The notes below the pieces were generated by a model that was not told where the DNA came from, made no database searches, and saw only the letters and a program-made list of their open reading frames with translations. Made by a program: the position numbers and the translations under genes. From positions 56,234,001 to 56,298,000 of the forward strand of contig NC_042999.1 of NCBI RefSeq assembly GCF_006345805.1: a stretch of DNA of 64,000 nucleotides, written 5' to 3'. Below, in pieces: positions 1-11,454 of this stretch (positions within the stretch are counted from its first letter, which is position 1; each line of letters begins with the position of its first letter). Origin of the DNA: Octopus sinensis (lineage: Eukaryota).

Positions 1-240
1 AATCAACAATTCAATGAAGGCCCACATAGTGTTAATCTACTGATAAATAAAGCTTCGTAACAACCTCGGTGACAAAGCCTCGGAGTGGCTTCGCATCTGG
101 TTACTAACCACAAACAGCCCGGCTTAACATCAATAAACAAACATCGACCGACATTTCGATAAACGACTCAGAGATCCTAGAAGGGGGCAAAAGATCGCTG
201 CAAAAAAGTTTCCAGACTCGCCTTGATCTTCGCAGAGAGC

Positions 241-312
241 ATGGCAGAAACTACAGAAGATAAGAAGGAACCAGAGACTAAACGAGCTGCCCACACATAC
301 CCACTTATACGA
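241..312 (+). CDS. DNAL4: Dynein axonemal light chain 4, coding exon 1 (MAETTEDKKEPETKRAAHTYPLIR)
   Basis: ATG at 241; 24 codons resembling the DNAL4 N-terminus (human ...QTFPLVR); phase-0 donor GTAAGT at 313; joins in frame to exon 2. Confidence 0.9.
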
Positions 313-1074
313 GTAAGTCGCAGATTTTTGATTACGATAACGTTCTTATCTAATTCCATTTACATTCATAAATCTCTGATTAGATTCCCGAACTTTAATG
401 TTTTTCATTATACGTTCTGCCTAATTAGCTATAAAGCTTTATACCTAATTAATTATAATTATAATGTTGTTACTCAGCGTACCGGCAAGTTAAATCAGTG
501 ATCTGGGTTCGCTCACCACCCGCTTAAAGCTGTTTCATTTACATTTTAAAATGCATGAACGTCACACAATCTCATTTTCCCTTATCCTAAATGTGAAACT
601 TTGGGTCTATGTAAGGAATCAATACGTTTTAATTTAATTTTTTAAAAAAATCGTTTGACTGACGACACTCGGATATTAAAGACCCGAGTTTTTTTTTCTC
701 TCTTTTAACGTGGAAGTGTGTGTTATATTGAAATGCTAAACTCGACGAATTTACCTCACTTCCCGGTTTCGATTCCTGGTTGGAACAACATCATTTCATT
801 AAAGATTTAACCCTTAAAAAAATCTGACACAAGAACACAAATTTTGATGGACAGGCAATGAACAACTGCTCCTTTGTATATGACTGGTATAGATTTTCAT
901 GATCCTGGGAGAATAAGAAACGAAATTGATTTTGACAAGATTTGTTCTCAAAAAGCAAAGGACCATTCTAAATATAACCTTTCCTAGATAATAATAATAA
1001 TAATAATAATAATAATCACTTCTAGTTTGGCACATGGCCTGAGATTTTGAAGTGTACCAGTTGAACACTGTGGT

Positions 1075-1235
1075 CGATTATATCAACCCCAGTGTTCAAC
1101 TGGTACATTTTTGTATCGGCCCTGGAAAGACAAATGACAAAGTTGACCTCAGCAGGATTTGATCTCAGAATGTAAAGAGCAGGAAGAAATGCTACTTAGC
1201 CTTTTGCTCAAAGTGTTAACGATTTTGCCAGCTTG
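1075..1235 (-). mobile_element. SINE family B copy (degenerate)
   Basis: Matches the reverse complement of full copies at 32325 and 35601 (GGCGGCGAGCTGGCAGAA...TTCTGAGTTCAAATTCCGCCGAGGTCGAC). Confidence 0.7.
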
Positions 1236-1254
1236 CTGTTTTAATAATAATAAT

Positions 1255-1577
1255 AAGAGCACTTAGAGAGCACAAACCCCCACCAAGGCAACACCAATGT
1301 CCTCTCAAAGATTAGTCAGGGATGATTTTTAAAATGAGAATATCTGAAAGAAACTCGACTGCTCTCAAAAATTAAGTAAAAAAACAGGAAAAATAATCCA
1401 GAATCCTTGTGCAGCATCGGATTAATCCCAAAATCTAATTAGTTCATAGCAGTCATGAGGTCAAACATCCCTGAAAGTTTCATCCGAATCCATCCTGTGG
1501 TTCTTGAGATATCTTGTCCACAAACAAACAAACACGACTGAAAACAATACCTCTGCCTTCACTAAGGTAGAGGTAAT
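1255..1577 (+). mobile_element. Helentron/DINE-like non-autonomous element
   Basis: Terminal 12-bp hairpin TACCTCTGCCTT-cact-AAGGTAGAGGTA (1548-1575), related 5' motif ACCCCCACCAAGG, (AAAC)n core, flanked by (TAA)n. Confidence 0.5.
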
Positions 1578-2282
1578 AATAATAATGATGATGATGACGA
1601 TGATTTCTTTTATTAGCCAGTGGGGCATAGATGAGGAGGACATCACAAGGACAGTCTACAATTTATGTGGAAGTTTGCATAAAAGATGAGGGGAAGGAAA
1701 AGGGATAGATGGTGAAATGAGATAAAAAATATACATGGTATACAGAAAATATGATAGCATGATTGATTTAGTCCTTCTGATATAGAAGAACTTCCAATTA
1801 GGGCCAATCAAGGAACCCCAGAAATCCAGGATTACCCTCACCACCAAAGCACGAGCCCACATCCAACCGTTGTTCTCCACTCTACAGAGGCATACTTAAA
1901 GTAGGGCCATTCACTCTAACCCTTTTTCACAAATTTCTTCTCAACCCTCATTTTCCTTTCCAAATGGAACTTAGAAAAAGTCAATGAGGGCTTAAGATAA
2001 AGTACTAATCAAGCCCTGCTGTTATTGTCATCCATTTACACTCTTCCCTCAAGACTGCCGGTCTTGTACCAAAATTTATTATTATTAATATTATTATTAT
2101 TTTCATTAGCATCTTGTTTCAATTCTGTTTCCATTTCTTGCTGAGTGCCTGCCTGACACCTAGGGCAGAGAAACGCACTGTAGACATTGGTAGGCCATTA
2201 AAACAACCACACTAAATTGTTTATTTACAGAATCATGTGATAGAGAAAAAGGAAAAAATAAAAGTAGAAAAGTAAACAAATA

Positions 2283-2930
2283 GGTGCAGGAGTGGCTGTG
2301 TGGTAAGTAGCTTGCTTACCAACCACATGGTTTTGGGTTCAGTCCCTCTGCTTGGCAACTTGGGCAAGTGTCTTCTACTATAGCGTCAGGCAGACCAAAG
2401 CCTTGTGAGTGGATTTGGTACACGGAAACTGAAAGAAGCCCGTCATATATATATAGGTGCAGGACTGGCTGTGTTGTAAGTAGCTTGCTTACCAACCACA
2501 TGGTTCTGGGTTCAGTCCCACTGCGTGGCTCCTTGAGCAAGTGTCTTCTACTATAGCCTTGGGCTTACCGAAGCCTTGTGAGCGGATTGGGAGGTGGAAA
2601 CTGAAAGAAGCCTGTCGTATATGTGTGTGTGTGTGTGTATCTGTATCCCCCACCAACATCGCTTGACAACCGATGTTGGTGTGTTTACATCCCCATAACT
2701 TAGCAGTTCAGCAAAACACACCGATAGAATAAGTACTAGACTTACAAAGAATAAGTACTAGACTTACAAAGAATAAGTCCTGGAGTCGATCTGTTCGACT
2801 TCAGTCGAACAGAACGACTCCATGACTTCTTCTTCTTATTATTATTATTCGACTTCAGTCGAACAGATCGACTACAGGACTTATTCTTTGGTCAAATGAC
2901 TGAAACAAGCAAGAGAATAAAAGAAAAGAA
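2283..2930 (+). mobile_element. SINE family A: truncated copy (2283-2455) followed by a near full copy (2456-2930)
   Basis: tRNA-like head GGYGCAGGAGTGGCTGTGTGGTAAG...GGTTCAGTCC repeated twice; body shared with copies at 5265, 24005 and 28418. Confidence 0.85.
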
Positions 2931-3094
2931 TAAAATAAAATTAAAGCAGTAAGGAAAGAAAATTCACAGCAACAATGCTCTTCTCAATATTTCATCTGTC
3001 TTTACATTCTGAGTAGACTTTGCCTTTCAACCTGACTTACAGCATCCCTATACATGGCTTGCACAGCTCTATACACACACACACACATGCACAT

Positions 3095-3390
3095 ATCATC
3101 ATCATCATCATCATCATCGTTTAATGTCCGTTTTCCATGCTGGCATGGTTGGATGGTTTGACTGTGGTCTGGAAAGCCAGCGGCTGCACCGGGCCACAAT
3201 CCGATCTAGCAAAGTTTCTACAAATGGATACCCTTCTTAATGCCAACCACTCCGAGAGTGTAGTGGGTGCTTTTTATGTGCCACCGGCAAAGGAGTCAGT
3301 CGGGGAGCACTGGCATCCATCACGTTCAGATAGTGCCTTTTATATGCCACCAGCACAGAATGGGAGCTAGTCAGGCGAACCTGGCATGTT
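3095..3390 (-). mobile_element. Interspersed repeat family C with (GAT)n tail; further copies about 14430-14720 and 20300-20550, related tails at 17590-17860 and 18235-18505
   Basis: Recurrent ATCATCATCGTTTAAYGTCCGTTTTCCATGC...GCCAACCACTCCGAGAGTGTAGTGGGTGC; retroposon-like tail (RTE-like origin is inference). Confidence 0.7.
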
Positions 3391-4080
3391 CAGATGATGT
3401 ATATATATAGTTTATAGAGGTGAGACAGGTATTCTCTGTATAGAATATACTTTGAAGTGCTCAAGATTTGATCTTGAGCTTGTAGAAGAGTAAATCTAAA
3501 GATAAGCATGTTAGTCAAGTTGATATACAAAAAAAATATTAAATACATTTGATACAAAAAAATGTACATATATGTATACATATAAAAAAATGTTCTAACT
3601 TATACAGAATGGAAATGATATCAGGAATTAAAGGGGTTGAGTAGGAGTTTTACAAGTCCAACAACTATTTCTGGGAGCTTGGTGGTCCAAAATAATACTT
3701 GTAACTTGATTCCACCAGCCTCCATCTTCAGGGAAAAATTTTGCCAGAATTCTGAGATGTAAATTATTTGAGGATGTGTAGCACTAACTTCAGGAAACCA
3801 GTCAGATACCAGATCACTTGTCAGTTTGATGGACACATAAGTCAGATGGTCTATATTCTCACCAGAAGATGGAATAGACAGGTGCTTGTAAGTACAAGTC
3901 TTTCCTAGGCAAAGTATGTATGACCTAATATAGGTTAGCAGTTAGTGACTTCAGAATAAGTGCTAGAAGGACTCTGGGAAACAAACCAGTCTGGGAAAGG
4001 AAGATATGGAAACTCAAAAACCCTCTAAACACTCAGAAGTTTAGAGATCATCATCATCGTTTAACGTCCGCTTTCCATCT

Positions 4081-4274
4081 TGTCTGTTGTTAACACAATG
4101 TTTCGGCTGATGTACCCTCCAGCCTTCATCAGGTGTCTTGGGGAAATTTTGAACCTGGGTTCTCATTCCTAAGGTATTTTTCGATGTTAATATTATTATT
4201 CAGGTTACTGCCTGGAATCAAACTCGGAATCTTGGGGTTAGTACCCTGCACTCTTAACCACTACACCATATGCC
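4081..4274 (-). mobile_element. Family D: tRNA-headed SINE-like element with hammerhead-bearing tail (left copy of an inverted pair)
   Basis: Reverse complement of the copy at 4277-4580. Confidence 0.85.
4092..4137 (-). ncRNA. Minimal type I hammerhead ribozyme motif (family D)
   Basis: Minus strand reads GACAC CUGAUGA A GGCUG gaggguacau CAGCC GAAAC AUU GUGUU: stem I GACAC/GUGUU, intact core, 5-bp stem II. Confidence 0.7.
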
Positions 4275-4276
4275 TG

Positions 4277-4341
4277 TGGCGTAGTGGGTTGAGAGTGTGG
4301 GCTACTAAGCCCAAGATTCCAAGTTCGATTCCAAGCAGTGA

Positions 4342-4386
<45 letters not shown>

Positions 4387-4580
4387 TAACAATAACAACA
4401 ACAATAACATCGAAAAATACCTTAGGAATGAGAACCCAGGTTTGAAATTTCCCCAAGACACCTGATGAAGGCTGGAGGGTATATCAGCTGTAAAGTTGTG
4501 TTAACAACAAACAAGATGAGGACAAATATCTGTCAATTGTAAATAATGTACATAATTCCTCACCTCTTAAATATAGAACT
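4277..4580 (+). mobile_element. Family D: tRNA-headed SINE-like element with hammerhead-bearing tail (right copy; GAAA of the core mutated)
   Basis: A box TGGCGTAGTGG (4277-4287), B box GTTCGATTCC (4323-4332), (AAT)n linker, tail with GACACCTGATGAAGGCTGGAGGG. Confidence 0.85.
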
Positions 4581-5264
4581 GAATTATTAATTTAGTGTAT
4601 AGGTAGGAGTTCACCAGGGTTTGGTTCTGAGTCATCTGCTACTCATGATTGTCTTCCAGGCCATAATAGAAGAATTTAAGACTGGTTATTCTTGGGAACT
4701 ACTGTATGTTGGAGTCTCATTTACATGTCCTCAGGTATTTTAATATCAGGTAGATACATATAAAGATATGATAGTGCAGTGAGACTTATTTATTTTTATT
4801 TTTCAAAGTCCATCACGTGTCACCCAAAAGCCACAGCATGTCACAACTGTTCTAAGTTTTCTACTACTGTTGCGGGATATGATTTGGTTACTATTTCTAG
4901 CAGGCACAATGACTTCATAGAGACTCCCTCACTGACCTGGCTCTTTTAATGAAATTTGGCCCTGTGTCAATAAAGACCCTATCTGTTTAAATTCTCATCT
5001 ACTTACCTCACTCTAAAATCTTCTTACTCTGACCCCTGCTATCTGTGACCCATACTTCCACATCGCAGTACTTCATCATCCATCATCTCTCATCATTTCT
5101 CTATATTATGTATCCAGAATCAGACAACTCATCTCTTTTACAAACATCTGCCAAACGACTTAATTCCAGCATGGCTTTTTTTTGTATTTCTCTCATATTT
5201 TATCATATTGTTTTATGTATGTATGTGTGTTGTATTGATGTGTGAATGTATCTCTTTCTCTTTT

Positions 5265-5665
5265 TTCTCTCTTTTACTTGTTTCAGTCATTTGACTGCGG
5301 CCATGCTGGAGCACAGCCTTTAGTCGAGCAGATCGACCCTGGGACTTATTCTTTGTAAGCCCAGTACTTATTCTATCAGTCTCTTTTGCCGAACCGCTAA
5401 GTGACGGTGACATAAATACACCAGCATCGGTTGTCAAGCAATGCTAGGGGGACAAACACAGACACACAAACATATACACACACATACATATATAGATATA
5501 TACGACAGGCTTCTTTCAGTTTCCGTCTACCAAATCCACTCACAAGGCATTTGTCGGCCCGGGGCTATAGCAGAAGACACTTGCCCAAGATGCCGTGCAG
5601 TAGGACTGAACCTGGAACCATGTGGTTGGTAAGCAAGCTACTTACCACACAGCCACTCCTGCGCC
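5265..5665 (-). mobile_element. SINE family A, full copy
   Basis: Reverse complement of the 28418-28826 copy; ends in ACAGCCACTCCTGCGCC. Confidence 0.9.
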
Positions 5666-6703
5666 TGTATGTACAAATGAATGAATATATGTGTATATAT
5701 ATGTATATAAATTCCCAAGGAAATTTATGACTAACCAACTTCTGAAGCCAAGTAGCATCAAAATAAAAAGTGTGTGACAACAACAACAGTAGCAGCAAAC
5801 AACAAGAACAACAACATGACCAGTTACTCTTCAATACATAGCATTAATTGGATTCTTGAAGACAGCTCTATTCTGACAAAACTAACTCCAAAATCTTGCA
5901 ATGCTGAAAATGTGTGAAGGTTCTTGTCCTCTCTCAAGTTCTTTGTAGTTGATGTTGCTAAAGACTGACGACATGGTTGAATGGATTCGACTGTTTGACC
6001 TCAGCCTAAAAATAAAAGCCCTTTAAAGATTCTTTCAGTCATATGGGGTTTTCTCATTTAGGTTGTTAGGTCCAAAATTTGACAAGGGAATAAAATGTTT
6101 TATTTTTATCTTTGATATTTAATGCTCATTGTTAAATGCTCTGATACTTATTGCTCATTCAAAATACTAGTCCAGCTTAATAAAAAAAAATATTTTGAAA
6201 GGAAGCATTTAACTATAAATGATTGCAGACCAACCCCGAAATTACCTAATTTGCAAAGAAATGTATTAGACAATTTCAGACTAATTTATATAAAAAGGAA
6301 ATTATATTAAAAGCTATGTGCGTGTGTGTGTGTGTATGTGTACGCACACACATATATAGTATGTATGTATATATATAAACACATACATGCACACTGACAT
6401 GTGCGCATGTTTATTTACGTTACATACATACATTGTCATGTGCACCTATATATATGTTATATGTCTGTGTTTGTTTATATATATATATAGATAGATATAG
6501 ATATAGATATAGGTATATATATATAGGTTATAAAATGAGATAGGGGTTGAAAAATTCAACCCACCATGGGATAATATATATCCAATATACTGCTAGATAG
6601 GTACCCAACAAGACTAATACATAGATGTTAAAAATTGCCAAACAATCAGTTCATCTATTGTATTATATGGGTAAAGGTAATAATATTACCGTAAATTAAT
6701 ACT

Positions 6704-6784
6704 ACAAAATTAGAGAATGGAGAAACATACTTAAATCAATATGTTTTATTGATTTAAGTATGTTTCTCCATTCTCTAATTTTGT
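6704..6784. repeat. Perfect 38-bp inverted repeat with 5-nt spacer
   Basis: ACAAAATTAGAGAATGGAGAAACATACTTAAATCAATA-tgttt-exact reverse complement. Confidence 0.95.
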
Positions 6785-6830
<46 letters not shown>

Positions 6831-6849
6831 TTCAGAGGTGCTATTTTTT

Positions 6850-8270
6850 GCTCATAAGTCTAACCCTAGCTGAGGCCAGCACACAAGCTAATATACTTTT
6901 AACAGGGGTCTTTAATTTTACTAATCTTAGCTGGTCCGAGGATTATATCCAGCCTGGAACTAAGCAACTGAAGTGGAGGGATATGAACCCTTTTCTCGAT
7001 ACAACAAAAGACTTTCGCATACAACAAATCATTACCCATCCAATTAGGGGAAAATAACATACTCGACTTTGTTTTTATTCACAATGTTCAGGTCATTCCC
7101 ACAGCTATTTCCAACCAAAGCATTATACAATTATCTGTATATGGTACAAAGAAATATCCGACTCACAGCATGGATTTCTACCCTGAAGATCTTGCCTAAC
7201 AAATCTTCTCCTTCTTGAAGAATGGATTACAGGGACCATGGATGAAAAAGACTTGGTGGGCGTGGTATTTTTGGACTTGGCAAAGGCGTTTGACTCCATT
7301 AATCACTGACTTCTCTTGCGCAAACTTCGAGCATTCAAGATTCATCCATTGGTGACTTTGTAGATTTCTTCCTTCTTGAGCTATCGAACCTTTTGGGTGC
7401 AGATAAATGGAGATCTTGTCGCGGAGACAAATGCATGCAGCGGCGTTCCCCAGGGGTCGGTGCTGGGGCCAATACTTTTCCTTCTCTATATCAACGACCT
7501 GCCAGATTTTCTTGATGGAAGAGTTCTCCTATTTGCAGACAACGTCAAACTTGTCTCACCTAGGAATCAATACGACATACTCCAATAGTCGCTGAACAGA
7601 GCTTGGAATTGGGCGGAAGAATGGAATCTGAACTTGAATGCCTCAAAATGCAGCCATTTGCCAAAAGGTTCACCTCCAAACTCACCCTTGACTATTGGCC
7701 ACAAACATCAACATCTTAAGATGGTCACTGAAGAAAAGGATCTCGGCATAATGATCAATACTACTTTCAAACTACCACGGCAGGGTATTGAGGCGGCGAG
7801 CAAAGCCAGAAGGAAGCTTTTCCTCATCCACCGATCCTTTGCGAACCTTTCAATGGACGTCTTTTGGCCTGTATACGTCACTTTAGTTCGACCCATCCTC
7901 GAATATTGCATGCATACCTCAAACCCATATCTCCAGAAAGACAGTCAGCACCTGGAACGGGTTCAGCACTTGGCCACCCGAATGGGGGCGGGCTTGTCTA
8001 AGCTTGCATAAGAGGAACATATCCAACGGCTGGCATTGCCTTCACTCAAACGACGGAGGATGCAGGGAAATCTCATCCAACTTTCAACATCTTCAACGGA
8101 CATGTAAACCTACCATTTGCGGTGATTTTCACCCCTGCGCTGGATAGTGGTCTTCATGGGCATGATCACACACTCTATCCCCGACACTTTCGTTTCAACA
8201 GGCAGAAGGCCGCATTCTCTGTCCGTATCGCAGCCCCATGCATAATCCGTATCACAGCCCCGTGCATAAT
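6850..8270 (+). mobile_element. Degenerate CR1/L2-group LINE (APE remnant plus RT)
   Basis: Broken frames with ILLTGVFNF (APE GDFN-like), [54 protein letters not shown]; stops and frameshifts. Confidence 0.88.
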
Positions 8271-8309
8271 CCAAGTGAATTCTTTGATCCCACAACTCAA
8301 GTGCAGAGA

Positions 8310-8815
8310 CACAACTTAAAATTAATATCATGGAAGTTGATATACTTGTGGCTATTAATGATTTAGATCCAAACTCAGCATCTGTACCAAATAGTATTCC
8401 AGTTATATTGCTAAAAAACGTGCAAAAACCACCTCATGAAATCATTAAAGGTACTATTTCAAAAGTCGCCAGATACCACCATATTCCCGAGACTATTGAA
8501 AGAAGCTATGATAAATCTATATAGGTACAAAGGAGGTAGCAGTGCTGAAGCTAAAAATTACAGACCTGTTTCCCTCACGTCTTACACGTCTAAAGTTATC
8601 CAATGCCTTGTCCGAAGACAAAAAGTAATAACATACCTGGAGGAAAACAACTTAGATGACACTCGGTATAGGTTTCGGACTGAATGAAGTTGCCTGTCAC
8701 AATTCTTACAGCATCATAACACTACCTCTAATAATCTCTTAAGGGGAAAGATCATTGATTGTTAAAACCTTGATATTGTTAAGGCGTTTGACAAGACTGA
8801 TAATTGAATCATCTG
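8310..8815 (+). mobile_element. Second LINE RT N-terminal relic
   Basis: KNYRPVSLTSYTSKVIQCLVR and a downstream xFR motif in broken frames. Confidence 0.7.
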
Positions 8816-8820
8816 TTATA

Positions 8821-9037
8821 ATTCCAAGCAGTAACCTGAACACTAACAACAACAACAACAATAATATCGAAAAATACATTAGGAATGAGAACACAGGTTC
8901 GAAATTTCCCCAAGACACCTGAAGAAGGCTGGAGGGTATATCAGTCGAAACGTTGTGTTAACAACAAACAAGATGAGGACAAATATCCATCGAATGTAAA
9001 TAATGTATATAATTCCTCATCTCTAAAATATAGAACT
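8821..9037 (+). mobile_element. Family D copy, 5'-truncated at the B-box remnant
   Basis: ATTCCAAGCAGTAACCTG, (AAC)n, then the same tail as 4410-4580. Confidence 0.85.
8914..8959 (+). ncRNA. Minimal type I hammerhead ribozyme motif (family D), sense within DNAL4 intron 1
   Basis: GACAC CUGAAGA A GGCUG gaggguauau CAGUC GAAAC GUU GUGUU; palindromic AACGUU in place of helix III. Confidence 0.75.
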
Positions 9038-9459
9038 GTGGAGGGACATGCTCCAAACTTCGGCATTGGATAGAGTTTTAATGCACAAACATTTATATAC
9101 TCTAAGCTTGCAAATATACTACCTTCAAAATCATGGGCTAAAATACTCTATTGTAACAATCTGACATTTAGAGTTCCCTCAACTGTTCAACTACCTATCT
9201 AAATTAAAAGAAGTATAAAAGAGACTTCTACTGAAACATAAAAAAAAACCCTCCCAAAACTCATTAGATGAACTCTTAACGATGCCTTATAAGTCAACTA
9301 TTCAAGGATGATGCATTCAGAGGAGAACATCTGCTAGAAAACTCAATCATAGACCACCTTCCAGTCAAGAAGCAACAATAAAACCTAATTGAAAATACAT
9401 TAAGGCGGTGCTCCAGAATGGCTGCAGTACTATCATTACTTCCTAAAAAATTTGTAGGG

Positions 9460-9790
9460 AACTTCCTGGAAAGTTTCGAGGATTTTATAACTTCCTGGAA
9501 AATTGGTAGAAAACTTCCTGGAAAGTTCCAAGGATTATCTAACTTTCTGGAAAATTGGCCGAAAACTTCCTGGAAATTTCTGAGGATTATCTAACTTCCT
9601 GGAAAATTGGTCGAAAACTTCCTGGAAAGTTCCGAGGATTTCATGGAAAGCCCCAATGATCTTCTAATTTCCTGGAAAGTTCCAAGGATGTCCCAACTTC
9701 CTGGAATATTGGTAGAAAACTTCCTGGAAAGCTCCGCGGATTTAGTGGAAAGTTCCAAGGATTTCCTAACTTCCTGGAAAATTTTCCATG
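9460..9790. repeat. 52-bp minisatellite with ten TTCCTGGAA motifs
   Basis: Unit starts at 9460, 9512, 9564, 9616; later units rearranged. Confidence 0.9.
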
Positions 9791-10395
9791 AAATTTGACC
9801 CCAGTCAAATCGTCCAACCTATGTATGTAACTTACTGGTAAAGCATGGTCACTTTCATAGTGTTCATTATGTATATGGTAAAGGAAAAACGGGAGATGGA
9901 AGATATGAGAGTTTTTATTAATCACGACAATTGTTTTGACACATCTAGTATCAAATGAGAAGATACATTGCAGAACTGTTATTTTAACGAGTTACATCTA
10001 TTTATCATCTGAAGAGACACATTTACACTGCCAGACTCTCCTGAACCAGTTGAGTGTTCCACTCTTGAGGGGGTCAATGCTAGATGTGTCAAAACAATTG
10101 TCAAGATTAATAATAAAAATTCTCGGATATTTCATCTTCCTTCTTTCATCTACCATATATATATATATTAGGGGAAAACCACTATGTGGACACCCTTATG
10201 CTAGAAGTAAGTCTGCTATGGTCTTACCACTAAGAAATGTCCTCAAGAAAAATTTAGCAAAACAACCAAAATGTAATCGAGCAAGACAAAAGAAAAAGCA
10301 AATTTTACTGAACCTTCAGTTTTTTTATATGCTAGATCACTGGTGTGAAATCGATGTTAATTAAATTAATATCTAATTTCTCACCCTTGTTTTAA

Positions 10396-10431
<36 letters not shown>

Positions 10432-10436
<5 letters not shown>

Positions 10437-10632
10437 TAATCCAAACATGAAAACACAAAGAGAAAACACAACAACGTGAGGGCGTGGAACAAATATAGTA
10501 TTATTGGATGCTCAGAGAAGAAGGAGGGTTTAACGTTTCGAGCGGAGCTCTTCGCCGGAAACATAGGAGAAGGAAAGATCCAGAGAAGGGAAGACAGAGG
10601 AAAAAAAATTGCCAACGGTACACACGCAGTCA
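10432..10632 (-). mobile_element. (TA)n-flanked Penelope pLTR-like fragment with variant hammerhead; related copy about 40494-40690
   Basis: Shared layout with the 40.5 kb copy; hammerhead-like motif at 10528-10562. Confidence 0.55.
10528..10562 (-). ncRNA. Hammerhead-like motif, family 2 (variant core CCGGCGA)
   Basis: GUUU CCGGCGA A GAGC ucc GCUC GAAAC GUU AAAC: perfect stems I and II, core deviates at U4 and A6. Confidence 0.5.
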
Positions 10633-11454
10633 CATATATATAGTCACAATGCAGATATTCCAACCTCTAATAGAGATATTTATCCAAGATACACTGGTTT
10701 AATATATATTAAATTTTGAAGAGATAATTCTTCAATGAATGTATTATATAATATATCGTAAGATATCAAACATTTTTATCAAGTTAGAAAACAAAGAGAT
10801 CTCTATTTTCTAATTCGATATACATACATACATACACACATACATACATATATATGTATATATATCTGTATGTGTGTGTGTGTCTATCTCTCAGTATTGC
10901 TTGACAATCAGTGTTGGTGTGTTTATGTTCCCATAACTTAGCAGTTCAGTGAAAGAAACTGATAGAATAAGTCCCAGGTTTAACAAAAAATTAAGTACTG
11001 GGTTTGATTCATTTGACTAAAAATTCCTTCAAGGCTGTGCTCCAGCATGGCCGTGGTCTAATGACTGAAACAAGGAAAAGATAAAAGATATTTTTATAAT
11101 TAAATATTACTAGACATAAGTTTCATTAACTACAAAATATAAATATCCACTCTAGCACACCTGAAACACACCTGTTATAACTCTTTATCATGATTTGAAT
11201 GTACGTGAAGGTATTTAGAATGGCCAAACTTATTTCTGCAAATGTGCTAAACACTGATGTTGATCATAGTTTAATCAATAGGCGTAGGAGCAAGGTAAAT
11301 GCAATAAAAATAGTGGGGCGGGGTTAGTGGGGCCCCATTTAAGCGGCCCTTCAGAAATTGAACCTCCTTACAATACTTCCTGGTAGTTCATGGTATGAAA
11401 TCCATTGTCATTGCTCCGATTTGGTCGCCAATGCCATGTATAATAATAATAATA

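Noticed and set aside
223-501. 92-aa ORF as a stand-alone gene
   Set aside because: It is DNAL4 exon 1 reading through the GTAAGT donor into the intron; the real start is the ATG at 241
4277-4345. tRNA genes (also at 13262, 28418, 47679)
   Set aside because: A and B boxes are present but there is no complete cloverleaf, and they continue into repeat bodies; these are SINE heads
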